A stretch of DNA of 62,499 nucleotides, the filler included, from Nitrospinae bacterium RIFCSPLOWO2_12_FULL_45_22 (GTDB lineage Bacteria > 2-12-FULL-45-22): assembly GCA_001803565.1 (NCBI GenBank). It is 6 parts of 6 records of this genome, joined end to end, with 100 filler letters (N's around TTAATTAATTAA, not from the genome) between each part and the next. Parts side by side here need not be neighbours in the genome. Positions count along the whole stretch, not along the records: positions 27,402 to 41,617 come from MHDQ01000074.1; 5 more parts are not named here. One strand, given 5' to 3'. How positions within the stretch are numbered: position 1 is the first letter of the stretch; every line of letters begins with the position of its first letter. A program made the translations under genes and the position numbers. This document shows positions 28,780 through 38,453 of the stretch, piece by piece. The notes beneath the pieces were generated by a model. That model ran no database searches, had not been told where the DNA came from, and worked only from the letters and a program-made list of their open reading frames with translations.

Positions 28780-29847
28780 CTAATCAGTTATCATTTCTAT
28801 ATAGACTTTTAATTGGGGAAGGAGCTTCTCTTTGTCGAAATCTTTTAGTCTGGCCGATTGGTTTTCTATTATCCTTTCCCTTAAGCCTTGATCCTTTAAG
28901 ATTGTATCTACCAACTCAGCTAATTCTTCATACCGCTTTTCTTTAACCAATACCCCTGACCTGCCCAGGGTATAAGGTACCGCACTGGACTTAAAGGCTA
29001 CAATAGGTAGCTGGAAGAACATGGCTTCTAAAAAGGGTACCCCAAAACCTTCATGCTCACTCATAGACAAAAATATGTGGCTTGAGCGATAATAGGCAAT
29101 AAGCTCTTCCAGGGCTACCTGGCCGGTAAAGATAACCTGATCAAGATTTAGCTTTTTAATGAGATCTTGCAGGGCAATAAAGTATTGCTCCATGCCTTGA
29201 TAAGAACCGACCAATATGAGTCGGGACCTGGGATTAATATATTTATGGTAGAAATAGAAGGTCTTAATAAGGTCTTCATATTTTTTATTAGGTACAATCC
29301 TACCTACATAAATGATATTGATATTCCCATCATTATATTTGCTCATTATCTCCGGAGCAGGTTGTCGGGAAAATTTAGAAAAATCCTGAATAATAGGCAG
29401 AATTTCTACCCGCTTATAGCCTAATGCCTTGAGCTCTTGTAGGTTATACTCCGAGTCTGCCAGGCAGAGGAGTGGCATAGCGGAGAAGTTTTTCAATTCA
29501 GCCCGGCCAGCTTCTAAGAGGTGAGTCAACTGGTGGTTAAACCCTTCGAAAAACCAATGAGGGGTTATATTATGATAGATCATTACCTTCTTATCCGGAA
29601 TCTTTTTGACATAATCCTGTATATCAGTACCTATGGAGTAATGATAGATGGTTATATTTTGGGGCGAACTGACCTCCTTATGCTCCTGGTAATAGAAACA
29701 TTCTTTACTCATACGGGGATGGATATACTGCACATAAATATTTGACTGATATCCCCATTGCCGCAAGAAATTGCGGATTTCCAGGGCATGGTTGCTGATA
29801 GCATCACCATAGTCTAGATTGGGTAACAGTTGGTGAATCTGGATCAA
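28780..29847 (-). CDS. Glycosyltransferase family 4
   Basis: YGDAISN, YHNITP, VGRIVPNK, SEHEGFGVPFLEAM. Confidence 0.92.
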   Translation of the reverse strand: MIQIHQLLPNLDYGDAISNHALEIRNFLRQWGYQSNIYVQYIHPRMSKECFYYQEHKEVSSPQNITIYHYSIGTDIQDYVKKIPDKKVMIYHNITPHWFFEGFNHQLTHLLEAGRAELKNFSAMPLLCLADSEYNLQELKALGYKRVEILPIIQDFSKFSRQPAPEIMSKYNDGNINIIYVGRIVPNKKYEDLIKTFYFYHKYINPRSRLILVGSYQGMEQYFIALQDLIKKLNLDQVIFTGQVALEELIAYYRSSHIFLSMSEHEGFGVPFLEAMFFQLPIVAFKSSAVPYTLGRSGVLVKEKRYEELAELVDTILKDQGLRERIIENQSARLKDFDKEKLLPQLKVYIEMITD

Positions 29848-29848
29848 A

Positions 29849-31579
29849 TTATCCCCTCTTAGCTATAATGGCGTAGTCCTGGTAGCCATAAAGCACTTCA
29901 TTTATCTGATCTATGTTTCGGTTCATAAGTTCTAAGAGCCCCTGGTATTCTTTTCCCAGGCTGTTTTCTGGTATCAGCTTCTGGAGAATAAGCTCCGGGG
30001 AAAAGGGACTCAGGAAAAGGGTCTGGACTTCTTTAAAGCCTAAATATTCCAGGAGGAACCGTAAGGCTTCGGGATGCAAGGGCTTGATGTGAGAAAGATC
30101 AAGGTAGAAATTTCTGATAGCCGAAATAATACTCAACGGATTAATGGTCTCAGCAATAAAGATACCACCGGGCTGCATCTTCTGATAGCAGAGTTTAATA
30201 AATTCCTGCAGAGAAGGGCTAGGTAAGTGTTCCAGGAGTTGAGCAGCGAAGACCCCCCCAAGGGAGGAGTCTGATAATGATGTTAGATAGTCCAGGGCCT
30301 CTTTCTGCTCTACTACTAATCCCCTTTGCTGGCAATAATAAACCATGTCTTCGGAAATATCTATGCCTCTTGCGGGTATGCCTTGCTCTCTCATCAATTC
30401 TAAAAATTCTCCTCGGCCACAGCCCACATCCAATATATCAGACATACCTGAAAAATAGGGGAGATATACCTTGAACCGTTCTCTTATCTCGTCAGGTAAG
30501 CCCCGGTAAGTATGTTCGAAGAGGAAATAAGCGTGGTCCATAAGCCGCTCCTGGTGAATAACCAAACTGCGGGCTAGTTCAGGTTTTAAATGGGTTTTCT
30601 TACGTAGATCGGATAGAATGATATCTAGCCTTCGTTTTAACAGGATATTTTCTTGTTGTAGGGCAGTATATTTCTGGTAAAGGGTTAGGTGCCGATCCTT
30701 CAACTGGGCAAGCTCTTTTTGCAACCCCTCATTCCATTGATCAACCTTATCAAACAGGGCCTGGTGGTGTTGTGCCAACTGTGCATGGTCTTGCCTTACC
30801 TCAGCATTCCACAAATCAACCTTATCAAACAGGGCCTGGTGGTGCTGTACCAGCTCAGCATGGTTTCGATTCAATTCAGCCTGTTGTTGTCTGGTTTCAG
30901 CATTCCAGCGATCCACTTTATTGAAGAGCTGGTCATGTTCCAGCCTCAACTGGGCATGGTCTTGTCTGGTCTCAGCATTCCAGCGATCCACTTTATTGAA
31001 GAGCTGGTCATGTTCCAGTTTCAACTGGGCATGGTCTTGTCTGGTCTCAGCATTCCAGCGATCCACTTTATCGAAGAGCTGGTCATGTTCCAGTTTCAAC
31101 TGGGCATGGTCTTGCCTGGTCTCAGCATTCCACAAATCTACTTTATCAAATAACTCCTCATGCCTTTTGGTAAGGTTATTATTTTGCCCTTCTAATCCAC
31201 CAAGTTTTGCGGTTAACTGATTTATCACCCTGGTAGCGTTAGCATTAAATACCACCTGCTCACCTAATATTAGATTTATGTAAGGCTTGGTTAATCTTCG
31301 TAAGGCTTTTTTAGAGAAGATAATTACCGGCCCCAGGATTCTGCGATGGGACAGGATAGGGACTTTGTTTTTTAACTCCCAGTCAAGATTCATTTGCCGT
31401 AATTGTTCCTGAAAGCCATGATCAGCCGGGCCATGCGCAGAATCTACTTTACCATCCATCTTCTTTACCCATTCTATCTCCTCATCGGAATATACTCCTA
31501 GAGCTTTCTTTCGTCCTATGTTTTCCTTGATCTGTTCCATTATCTTTTCTACTTCTTGATCCTTAATCTCTATATCCAT
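29849..31579 (-). CDS. Coiled-coil class I SAM methyltransferase (glycan-capping type)
   Basis: Amphipathic SHRRILGPVI..KKALRRL, long repeat coil, ILDVGCGRGEF, LLEHL, ETINP, FYLDLSH, YQDYAII. Confidence 0.85.
   Translation of the reverse strand: MDIEIKDQEVEKIMEQIKENIGRKKALGVYSDEEIEWVKKMDGKVDSAHGPADHGFQEQLRQMNLDWELKNKVPILSHRRILGPVIIFSKKALRRLTKPYINLILGEQVVFNANATRVINQLTAKLGGLEGQNNNLTKRHEELFDKVDLWNAETRQDHAQLKLEHDQLFDKVDRWNAETRQDHAQLKLEHDQLFNKVDRWNAETRQDHAQLRLEHDQLFNKVDRWNAETRQQQAELNRNHAELVQHHQALFDKVDLWNAEVRQDHAQLAQHHQALFDKVDQWNEGLQKELAQLKDRHLTLYQKYTALQQENILLKRRLDIILSDLRKKTHLKPELARSLVIHQERLMDHAYFLFEHTYRGLPDEIRERFKVYLPYFSGMSDILDVGCGRGEFLELMREQGIPARGIDISEDMVYYCQQRGLVVEQKEALDYLTSLSDSSLGGVFAAQLLEHLPSPSLQEFIKLCYQKMQPGGIFIAETINPLSIISAIRNFYLDLSHIKPLHPEALRFLLEYLGFKEVQTLFLSPFSPELILQKLIPENSLGKEYQGLLELMNRNIDQINEVLYGYQDYAIIAKRG
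30692..31162 (-). repeat. Six in-frame 75-bp (25-aa) tandem repeats, unit 4 with one extra heptad
   Basis: HDQLFNKVDRWNAETRQDHAQLKLE-type units at aa 140-296; middle units nearly identical at DNA level. Confidence 0.95.
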
Positions 31580-31876
31580 GACAAAGAACCCTCCTTAATT
31601 GCTTAGAAGGCCCCCCTGGCCCCTACGTGCCACAATAAACAACATTAAACAAAAATAATATGTAAAATGAAGTAACAGTTACAATTATTCAATAACCCAA
31701 GCCTAAGCCTAATCTTATCATTATAGGGAGGGGTAAAGCAAGCGGCTTTCTGTCTCTTCAGTGATAAGAATACTTGAATTCAAGGGGAAAAAAGTATAAA
31801 CTTGTGGATTATTAAGAATTTTGTTTGAGCAAAATTTAGAGACAAAAGTTTTTCCCTAAAACTTTTCAGACATTTA

Positions 31877-31997
31877 GCCACAGAGTCACGGAGGACACAG
31901 AGTAACAGCAGGGCCTTGCCCTGCCATAAAGGTAAAGGTTTAAGCAGAGCAAGGCTCTGCAACTACCCTTCCTCTGAGTTATCTGGGCCTCTGTGGC
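31877..31997. repeat. GCCACAGAG-type palindromic element with inner inverted pair
   Basis: AGCCACAGAGTCACGGAG ... CCTCTGTGGC; related copies near 14893 and 32161. Confidence 0.6.
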
Positions 31998-32291
31998 AAT
32001 ATTAAAAAAGCTACTATCTCTCTAAACTGGGGAAAATTTAATGTCTCTTTGCAGACTTAAAAAGGCTATAAACAAAATTCCTGTCAAGAAAGACTGGAGG
32101 AGGTGATGAGCTGACAAAGGGTTTTGCTCTAGCAATAAGAAATTCCCTTCTGTAATTACTTGCCACAGAGACAGAGGGTGGAGAGAGAAAACTTTTTATA
32201 CTCCGTGTTCTCGGTATTTAAGTTTTTTGTTCCCTGCAAACTGTGGTGAGAAAGGCTTACTATTAATTTTCTAAAAAGGAGGTTAAAAGGC

Positions 32292-32846
32292 ATGATAATA
32301 TATCGCTTAAAGAAATATCAACTTTTTCTCTTATCCTTTATTATTTTATCCCTTTTCGGAACAGCTAGTTGTGCAAAAAAAGGCAAGGTAAAACCCGGAA
32401 CAACGGCTGGTATTGAGGGTCCATCAGCCTTAGAAGAAGAGGAGCTTGGGGAGCTGGAGGCAAAGGGGCCAGGGGGATTAGAAGAAGCCGAAGGAGCCGT
32501 TATGCCGGCGGAGGGGTTGGGAGATGTATATTTCGATTATGACAAAGCTATTATTGGATCCGAGCATAGGGCTACCCTAGAAAAAAATGCTCAATGGTTA
32601 AAAGCTAACGCACAAACCAAGATTTTGATTGAAGGACATTGTGATGAACGGGGTACTATAGAATATAATCTGGCACTAGGTGATAGGAGGGCCAATGCGG
32701 CCAGGGATTATCTGATATCTCTCGGTATTGATCCATCAAGGATAGCTACTATCAGCTATGGGGAGGAAAAACCTTTTGACCCTGGGCATAATGAAGAGGT
32801 ATGGTCACAAAATAGACGGGCCCATTTTGTGTTAACTAATAAATAG
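32292..32846 (+). CDS. pal: Peptidoglycan-associated lipoprotein
   Basis: Lipobox TASC, VYFDYD, IEGHCDERGTIEYNLALGDRRA, SYGEEKP, NRRA. Confidence 0.95.
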   Translation: MIIYRLKKYQLFLLSFIILSLFGTASCAKKGKVKPGTTAGIEGPSALEEEELGELEAKGPGGLEEAEGAVMPAEGLGDVYFDYDKAIIGSEHRATLEKNAQWLKANAQTKILIEGHCDERGTIEYNLALGDRRANAARDYLISLGIDPSRIATISYGEEKPFDPGHNEEVWSQNRRAHFVLTNK

Positions 32847-32962
32847 GCGTCTCCATTACATTTCGATATCTACCAATAGGAGAGCCCTTATTGGTCTCAC
32901 CACCGAGCGGCCCAAATTACCCCTTTACAATAGAGCTATGGGTGCGATAGAGAAAAATTTTA

Positions 32963-32991
32963 TTGACAGCCCATAGATAATGGTTTAGCAT
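32963..32991 (+). promoter_or_regulatory. Putative sigma70 promoter
   Basis: TTGACA-17 nt-TAGCAT upstream of the Cys-rich gene and lipoprotein array. Confidence 0.6.
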
Positions 32992-33088
32992 AAAAAAAAC
33001 TCAGAGGGAACGCTTCCCAGCTTAATTAATAGAAGGGAGGGAAACAATCCCTCATTATTTTTTAGTGCTGACTGGAAGGAGAGGACAG

Positions 33089-33346
33089 ATGACATCCCAT
33101 AAAGGGAAAAATCTTTACGTATGTAGGACTTGTGGTATAGCTACAGTAGGGACAGGTCATCTGTGTGACCCAGCGCCATTGCCTAAAGAAGAGGCCTTTA
33201 ATTGTGACTATTGTGGGAAGATTGTTACCAATCCCCGGCATATTTGCAAACCTATGGCCTTAAAAGCCGAATATAACTGTAAGATTTGTGGTCGGGTTTC
33301 AGACCGACAGGATAAACTGTGTGACCCGCATAAGATGGAAGGGTAG
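33089..33346 (+). CDS. Small triple-repeat Cys-rich protein
   Basis: Three CxxCG-x7-(H/K)xCxP units; AAGGAGAGG RBS. Confidence 0.75.
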   Translation: MTSHKGKNLYVCRTCGIATVGTGHLCDPAPLPKEEAFNCDYCGKIVTNPRHICKPMALKAEYNCKICGRVSDRQDKLCDPHKMEG

Positions 33347-33434
33347 GGAGATTTATTTTTTGTAAGTAGCGTACCAAAAAAGTATAGGTTTTTTTAATAA
33401 GATTAATTTTTGACAGGGAAGGAGGTGATAGAGG

Positions 33435-33755
33435 GTGCTCAGAAGAGATAATATTAGATTATTTATGGTGTGCGGACTGGTGTTGGTTTTTATGTGTACT
33501 TTGACAACAGGCTGTACCTGGCGCAGTCACGGCATTAAGGCAAAAGATGAGGCATTAGCGGCTGCCCAGAAGGCAGATGCGGCTGCCCAGAAGGCGATGG
33601 AGGCTGCACAAAAGATTGAAGCCTCTGCCGGCACTATAAAAGAATCAGCCGATAAAACTGAAGCGGCTGCTTCGAAGGCGGAGGATGCGGCAAACCGGGC
33701 AGAAACAGCCGCCGAAAAGACCGAGGCTATCTTTGACAAATTGGGCAGGAAGTAA
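33435..33755 (+). CDS. Alanine-zipper lipoprotein, Lpp/OprI-like, type A
   Basis: Lipobox TTGC, Ala heptads (AANRAE), ends LGRK. Confidence 0.82.
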   Translation: MLRRDNIRLFMVCGLVLVFMCTLTTGCTWRSHGIKAKDEALAAAQKADAAAQKAMEAAQKIEASAGTIKESADKTEAAASKAEDAANRAETAAEKTEAIFDKLGRK

Positions 33756-33829
33756 ATCTGCTAAGGGCTGGGTTCAACCGATCCAGCCCCTACCTCTGTC
33801 TCCGAGAGGCAGCAGAAAGGAGGGGATTT

Positions 33830-34147
33830 TTGGTGCAGTTAAGAAAATTAACAGCCATTATTGTGCTTCTAGGATTTCTATTGGCTAATTTAACAGCTTG
33901 TTGCCCAAAATGGCGTAAAGAGACCCTAAAGGCGAGGGATGATGCTATTGCAGCAGCGGCTAAGACCGAAGAAGTCTCAAATAAAGCATTAGGGGCTGCT
34001 TTAGACTTAGAATCCTCGATTCAAGGGGTTAATGATGCTGCCCAGCGGGCAGAAAATGCTGCCACACGGGCAGTAACCGCGGCTGACAAGGCTGAAGCGA
34101 TAGTAGGAAAGATGGAAAAAGCCTTTGAAAAAAGAGGGAGAAAATAA
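33830..34147 (+). CDS. Alanine-zipper lipoprotein, type B
   Basis: Lipobox LTAC, AAQRAENAA, ends RGRK. Confidence 0.82.
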   Translation: MVQLRKLTAIIVLLGFLLANLTACCPKWRKETLKARDDAIAAAAKTEEVSNKALGAALDLESSIQGVNDAAQRAENAATRAVTAADKAEAIVGKMEKAFEKRGRK

Positions 34148-34238
34148 TTTAATCGTATAGGAATTTTCATTTTAATAATGCGGTTTTGTGGTAGTCGCAG
34201 GTTTTAGCCTGCGTTAATTTAAAGAAAGGAGGTGAGAT

Positions 34239-34571
34239 TTGGTGATTAGATTACATAATATTAAAGGATTAATGGTTTGTATATTGCTGGTGGCTTTTAT
34301 GGTAGCTTTGAACACGGGCTGCTCCTGGCGGGGTCATGTCAACGATGCCATGAAGGCCAAGGATGATGCCGTAGCAGCGGCTGATAAAGCTGAAGCGGCT
34401 GCGCAGAAGGCGGCGGATGCTGCTCAAAAGATTGAGACTTCTGCAGCAACCTTAAAAGAAACGGCTGATAAAGCTGAAGCGGCTGCTTCCGGGGCAGAAG
34501 ATGCGGCAAACCGGGCAGAAACCGCGGCAGAAAAAGCGGAAGCTATCTTTAGTAAATTAGGTAGAAAATAA
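34239..34571 (+). CDS. Alanine-zipper lipoprotein, type A'
   Basis: Lipobox NTGC; paralogue of 33435-33755; ends LGRK. Confidence 0.82.
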   Translation: MVIRLHNIKGLMVCILLVAFMVALNTGCSWRGHVNDAMKAKDDAVAAADKAEAAAQKAADAAQKIETSAATLKETADKAEAAASGAEDAANRAETAAEKAEAIFSKLGRK

Positions 34572-34637
34572 ACCTAGGCAAGGGCTGGATTCAACCCTTG
34601 CCTACCGCTACGATGAGAAAAAGGGAGGTGTGCCGAA

Positions 34638-34949
34638 TTGCGGATAAAAAGATTACTTATTATTCCTCTAGGGTTGATATTTCTGGTTAATTTAGTGGCC
34701 TGTTCCCCGGCCTGGCGTAAGGAAGCCTTAAAGGCAACGGATGCTGCTGTAGCAGCGGCTGATAAGGCTGATACCGCCTCAAGTAAGGCTTTAGCTGCTG
34801 CTCAAGAGTTGGAAGCATCTATCCAAAAAGCCAATGATGCGGGCCAGCGGGCAGAAAATGCTGCCTCCCGGGCAGAAAGCGCGGCTGGCAAGGCTGAAGC
34901 CGTAGTGCAAAAGTTGGAAGAGACCTTTGCTAAAAGGGGGAAGAAATAG
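34638..34949 (+). CDS. Alanine-zipper lipoprotein, type B'
   Basis: Lipobox LVAC; paralogue of 33830-34147; ends RGKK. Confidence 0.82.
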   Translation: MRIKRLLIIPLGLIFLVNLVACSPAWRKEALKATDAAVAAADKADTASSKALAAAQELEASIQKANDAGQRAENAASRAESAAGKAEAVVQKLEETFAKRGKK

Positions 34950-34972
34950 GTACCAGCGATAAGAAGTTCTTC

Positions 34973-35013
34973 AAAAAGCCGGGACTTTAAATAAAGAAGG
35001 CCCGGCTTTTTTT
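34973..35013 (+). terminator. Intrinsic terminator after the lipoprotein array
   Basis: AAAAAGCCGGG-loop-CCCGGCTTTTTTT. Confidence 0.75.
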
Positions 35014-35198
35014 ATCCAAAATTATTCATCACCAGACGCAAAAGGCGCAAAAAGCCGTAAGGCGATAACTCTTCATCCCCTTACGCCTAACCCCTCACTC
35101 CTTACGAGGGACATATCTTTGTGTCTGGTGCATAATTTAGGATTGTGGTGATCAACCACCACAGGGGTTTATAAATCCTATTATAGGGGAGTGAGGTA

Positions 35199-35654
35199 TT
35201 GCAAAAAAGGATTGGCGTTATAGGATCCGCCGAATGCCCTGCGACTACCTCTACCCTGGCAGAAGAAGTTGGCTCCCTGATAGCAGAAAGGGGAGGGGTT
35301 CTTATTACCGGCGGGTTGAGTGGCGTGATGGAAGCTGCTTGTAGAGGGGCCAAAGCCGCTGGTGGCTTGACGGTAGGTATTTTGCCAGGATTTGATGCCT
35401 ATGAAGCCAATCCCTTTGTGGATATACCTATTGTAACAGGGCTCAGTCATGCCCGAAATGTAATAGTAGTAAGGAGTGCCGAAGGAATCATTGCTATTGA
35501 GGGAGGTTATGGCACCTTATCAGAGATTGCCTTTGCCTTAAAGATCGGGAGGCCTATTGTAGGGATAAATACCTGGCAGGTAGTGCCCCAAATTATTCAG
35601 GCCAGAGACGCCAAAGAGGCGGTAAGAAAGATTTTTGAGGCCATTGGCCCCTAA
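35199..35654 (+). CDS. TIGR00725-like LOG/SLOG Rossmann-fold protein
   Basis: TGGLSGVMEAACRGA, VGILPG, ARNVIVV, GGYGTLSEIAFA. Confidence 0.88.
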   Translation: MQKRIGVIGSAECPATTSTLAEEVGSLIAERGGVLITGGLSGVMEAACRGAKAAGGLTVGILPGFDAYEANPFVDIPIVTGLSHARNVIVVRSAEGIIAIEGGYGTLSEIAFALKIGRPIVGINTWQVVPQIIQARDAKEAVRKIFEAIGP

Positions 35655-35751
35655 GAGAAAGCCGTGAAGAGTGGGGAAGTAAGCAGCAACAGGAGTTAAC
35701 ACCTCTCGGCTCACTCGTTACTCCTCACTGCTGACGGTCTAATAGTTCAAG

Positions 35752-36444
35752 ATGGCTTCTTACCGGGCGATAAGTAGATATTTTTTGGTACTTTTTGTAA
35801 TGAGTTTAATAGTGGGTTGTGCTTCTCCCCGCCCCTATAAGGTCTCAACTCCATCAGACCGGGTACGTTATGTACCTAAAAAAGGTACTTATCATACGGT
35901 GAAGAGGGGCGAAACCCTCTGGCAGATAGCAAACACTTATGATGTTTCCATAGAAAGCCTGATAAGGGCAAATAAGCTATCCGATCCCAACAAGATTATA
36001 GTGGGCCATAAGCTGTGGATTCCAGGGGTTGAGGAGGTTTCCCGTACTACCGGGTGGAGTAAGAATCCAGATTTTATCTGGCCCGTGAAGGGGGAAATAA
36101 TTAATTATTTTACTAAATCAGACCGGGAGATACGTCCGGGGATTGATATTGCAGCCCCCCTGGGGAGTGATATAATAGCCGCTTTGCCTGGCAAGGTAAT
36201 TTTTAGTGGGGATGGTCCTGGTACCTTAGGGAAGATGATAATCATTGCCCATCCTGATGCGTTTACTACTATCTATGCTCATAATTTAGAGAACCTTGTC
36301 TCGGTTGATCAACAGGTAAGAAAAGGGGAAAGGATTGCCCGGATAGGTACTCCCCTAAGATCTCCTTCCCCTTCATTACATTTTGAGATCAGGAAAGCCG
36401 CTATACCTTATAACCCTTTGTTTTATCTCCCTAGTAGGTATTGA
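35752..36444 (+). CDS. nlpD: LysM + degenerate M23 lipoprotein (NlpD-like)
   Basis: Lipobox IVGC, LysM HTVKRGETLWQIA, WPVKG, RPGID and SLHFEIR lacking two M23 His residues. Confidence 0.72.
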   Translation: MASYRAISRYFLVLFVMSLIVGCASPRPYKVSTPSDRVRYVPKKGTYHTVKRGETLWQIANTYDVSIESLIRANKLSDPNKIIVGHKLWIPGVEEVSRTTGWSKNPDFIWPVKGEIINYFTKSDREIRPGIDIAAPLGSDIIAALPGKVIFSGDGPGTLGKMIIIAHPDAFTTIYAHNLENLVSVDQQVRKGERIARIGTPLRSPSPSLHFEIRKAAIPYNPLFYLPSRY

Positions 36445-36494
36445 AAGCTAAAAGCGCAAAACGCAAAGGGTAAAACTAAGGAGGGTATTAATTT

Positions 36495-37013
36495 ATGGTA
36501 GAAGAGTTAAAGCAAAAGATTCGGGACATACCAGATTTTCCTAAGAAAGGTATTTTGTTCAAAGACATTACTACTCTGTTAAGTGATGCCGAGGCATTTT
36601 CCCGGGCAGTTGACCTTATAGCTGAGCGGTACAGGGACAAAAAGATAGATAGTATTGTATGCATTGAAGCGCGTGGATTTATATTCGGTGGTGCTTTATC
36701 ATACAGATTAGGTACGGGGCTTATTCCAGTAAGAAAAGCTGGTAAGCTGCCCTATAAGACTTATAAGGCTACTTATGAGCTGGAATACGGGACGGATACC
36801 CTGGAGATCCATCAGGATGCTATCCAACCCGGCCAGCGGGTATTGATTATTGATGACCTTCTGGCTACGGGTGGTACTACCAACGCGGTAGCTAACCTGG
36901 TCAGGCAGTTAGAAGGTGAGGTAGTAGAGCTGGCTTTTTTAATTGAATTGACTTTCCTGGAAGGCAGGAAAAAACTAATAGATTATGAAGTCTTTTCCCT
37001 AATTAAATTCTAA
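36495..37013 (+). CDS. apt: Adenine phosphoribosyltransferase
   Basis: [34 protein letters not shown]. Confidence 0.97.
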   Translation: MVEELKQKIRDIPDFPKKGILFKDITTLLSDAEAFSRAVDLIAERYRDKKIDSIVCIEARGFIFGGALSYRLGTGLIPVRKAGKLPYKTYKATYELEYGTDTLEIHQDAIQPGQRVLIIDDLLATGGTTNAVANLVRQLEGEVVELAFLIELTFLEGRKKLIDYEVFSLIKF

Positions 37014-37014
37014 G

Positions 37015-37127
37015 ATAAGCTATCAGCTAAAAACAATCGTGAGGCATAAGGGGTAAATGGAATTTTACCTCACGCCTTACCCCTTACGACTTACGGAAAA
37101 GCTGATAGCTGACGGCTGAACGCTTAC
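37015..37127. repeat. Nested heptamer palindromes between convergent genes
   Basis: AGCTATCAGCT/AGCTGATAGCT enclosing CGTGAGG...CCTCACG. Confidence 0.65.
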
Positions 37128-37130
37128 ATT

Positions 37131-38453
37131 CTAAGGGAGCTTCAGGATAGCATTTAAGAGTTCTTCTAGTAAGGTTAATACTCCCTGGTAGCCGAGGAAA
37201 GGCCGCTCTGTCAATATAACCTTATCCCATACTGGATAGCCTATATTGATAAAAGGGGTATGGGGTCGAAGCCCTTTTTCTAAGCTGCTACCCAGGATAA
37301 GCTCGGGTTCAGTCTCGGTCAGGGCTTGTTGCACACCATAAAGGTCGTAGTTGGTTAAGATAAGGGGATTTAAGCCGGTGGTTTGCAAAAAGTCTTTAAC
37401 CAGCTTTTCTACCCCGGGGCTATAGGTCTTTAGCCCTAAAAGGGCCGGCTCCAACCCCAAATAATCATAGAAGAATGAGGCCAGGGATAAGGCTGCTGAG
37501 CCTTCAGCAAAGATAGCTACCGAGAGCCCCCTTATCCGCCGGGCCATAGAGATGCGGGAGAGGCGCGGGCGGACTTTTTCTCTTAAGCGACGGGCCTCGT
37601 CTTCTATAAAGCCATCGGCTGATACACCCAGGACAGAAGCAATAGCCCGGAGCCATTCCTGGGTGTTTTGTATACCGTAGGGGGGAAGACGTCCAGCCAG
37701 GTAAGGGAGCCCAAAAACCTCTTCCATCTCCCGGGCTATCAGCCCACCATATTCATCATAAAAGACTACATTAAGGTTTGCTTCTGGTGCCCGTACTATA
37801 TCGGCCAGGGATGTTCCAGCCGTCAGGACAGTATTTATCGCTATCCCTACCCGCTCGAACATCCTTTTTAACTCCTGTAGATCATTATACCAGTTATATT
37901 GCCCTATACTGAGACCGACAATATTTATACTCCTGGGATTCTTTTTTATTGGGGGCTCCATCAATCTATGAACCATAATCTTCACCGCCTGTTGAAACCC
38001 TTCTGCCATGCCTCCGGTAAAGCCACTACTTTCTATGAGGATAGTGGAGGTTCCATCCTGGGGCAGTTCCTTTATTGCTGCCGCAATATTATCTCCTATG
38101 AGGCCCAGGGTACAGCTATTGACGATACCGATAAGGCCGGGGGACTCTTCCTCTTTGATCTTCCTCATGGTGTCTAACAGACGGGTTTCGCTGCCAAAGA
38201 TTACATCTTCTTCCATCAGGTAAGTGCAGGGGACACGGGGTTGGAAAAAATTTTTTAAACTGGCATGCCTCTTAGGGTCAAAAGATAACCCTTCTGGGTC
38301 TTGCAGGTCTATAAAGGATGAGGCAAAGAGCTTACAGCCTATGGGTCCATTGATTAAAGCCACTGCCTCTCGGATACCTTCAATAGCACAGATAGCGCCC
38401 GATAAAGAGCAGGGTAATAAAACATTATTAGGAACAGATTTCGGGCAGCTCAA
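37131..38453 (-). CDS. Nitrogenase component-1-like oxidoreductase, second subunit
   Basis: Cys15, Cys40 (NGPIGC), Cys114 (SCTLGLIGDN), VIFGSE, PYGIQNT, PFLGYQG. Confidence 0.85.
   Translation of the reverse strand: MSCPKSVPNNVLLPCSLSGAICAIEGIREAVALINGPIGCKLFASSFIDLQDPEGLSFDPKRHASLKNFFQPRVPCTYLMEEDVIFGSETRLLDTMRKIKEEESPGLIGIVNSCTLGLIGDNIAAAIKELPQDGTSTILIESSGFTGGMAEGFQQAVKIMVHRLMEPPIKKNPRSINIVGLSIGQYNWYNDLQELKRMFERVGIAINTVLTAGTSLADIVRAPEANLNVVFYDEYGGLIAREMEEVFGLPYLAGRLPPYGIQNTQEWLRAIASVLGVSADGFIEDEARRLREKVRPRLSRISMARRIRGLSVAIFAEGSAALSLASFFYDYLGLEPALLGLKTYSPGVEKLVKDFLQTTGLNPLILTNYDLYGVQQALTETEPELILGSSLEKGLRPHTPFINIGYPVWDKVILTERPFLGYQGVLTLLEELLNAILKLP

Noticed and set aside
30692-31162. Direct repeats as a CRISPR array
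   Set aside because: Units are contiguous, in frame and have no unique spacers; no cas genes
30689-31220. Plus-strand repeat ORFs of 154 and 99 aa, and other short antisense ORFs in the track
   Set aside because: Shadows of well-supported genes on the opposite strand, with no independent motifs
35752-36444. Loss of M23 His residues as a novelty
   Set aside because: Normal for NlpD-type amidase activators
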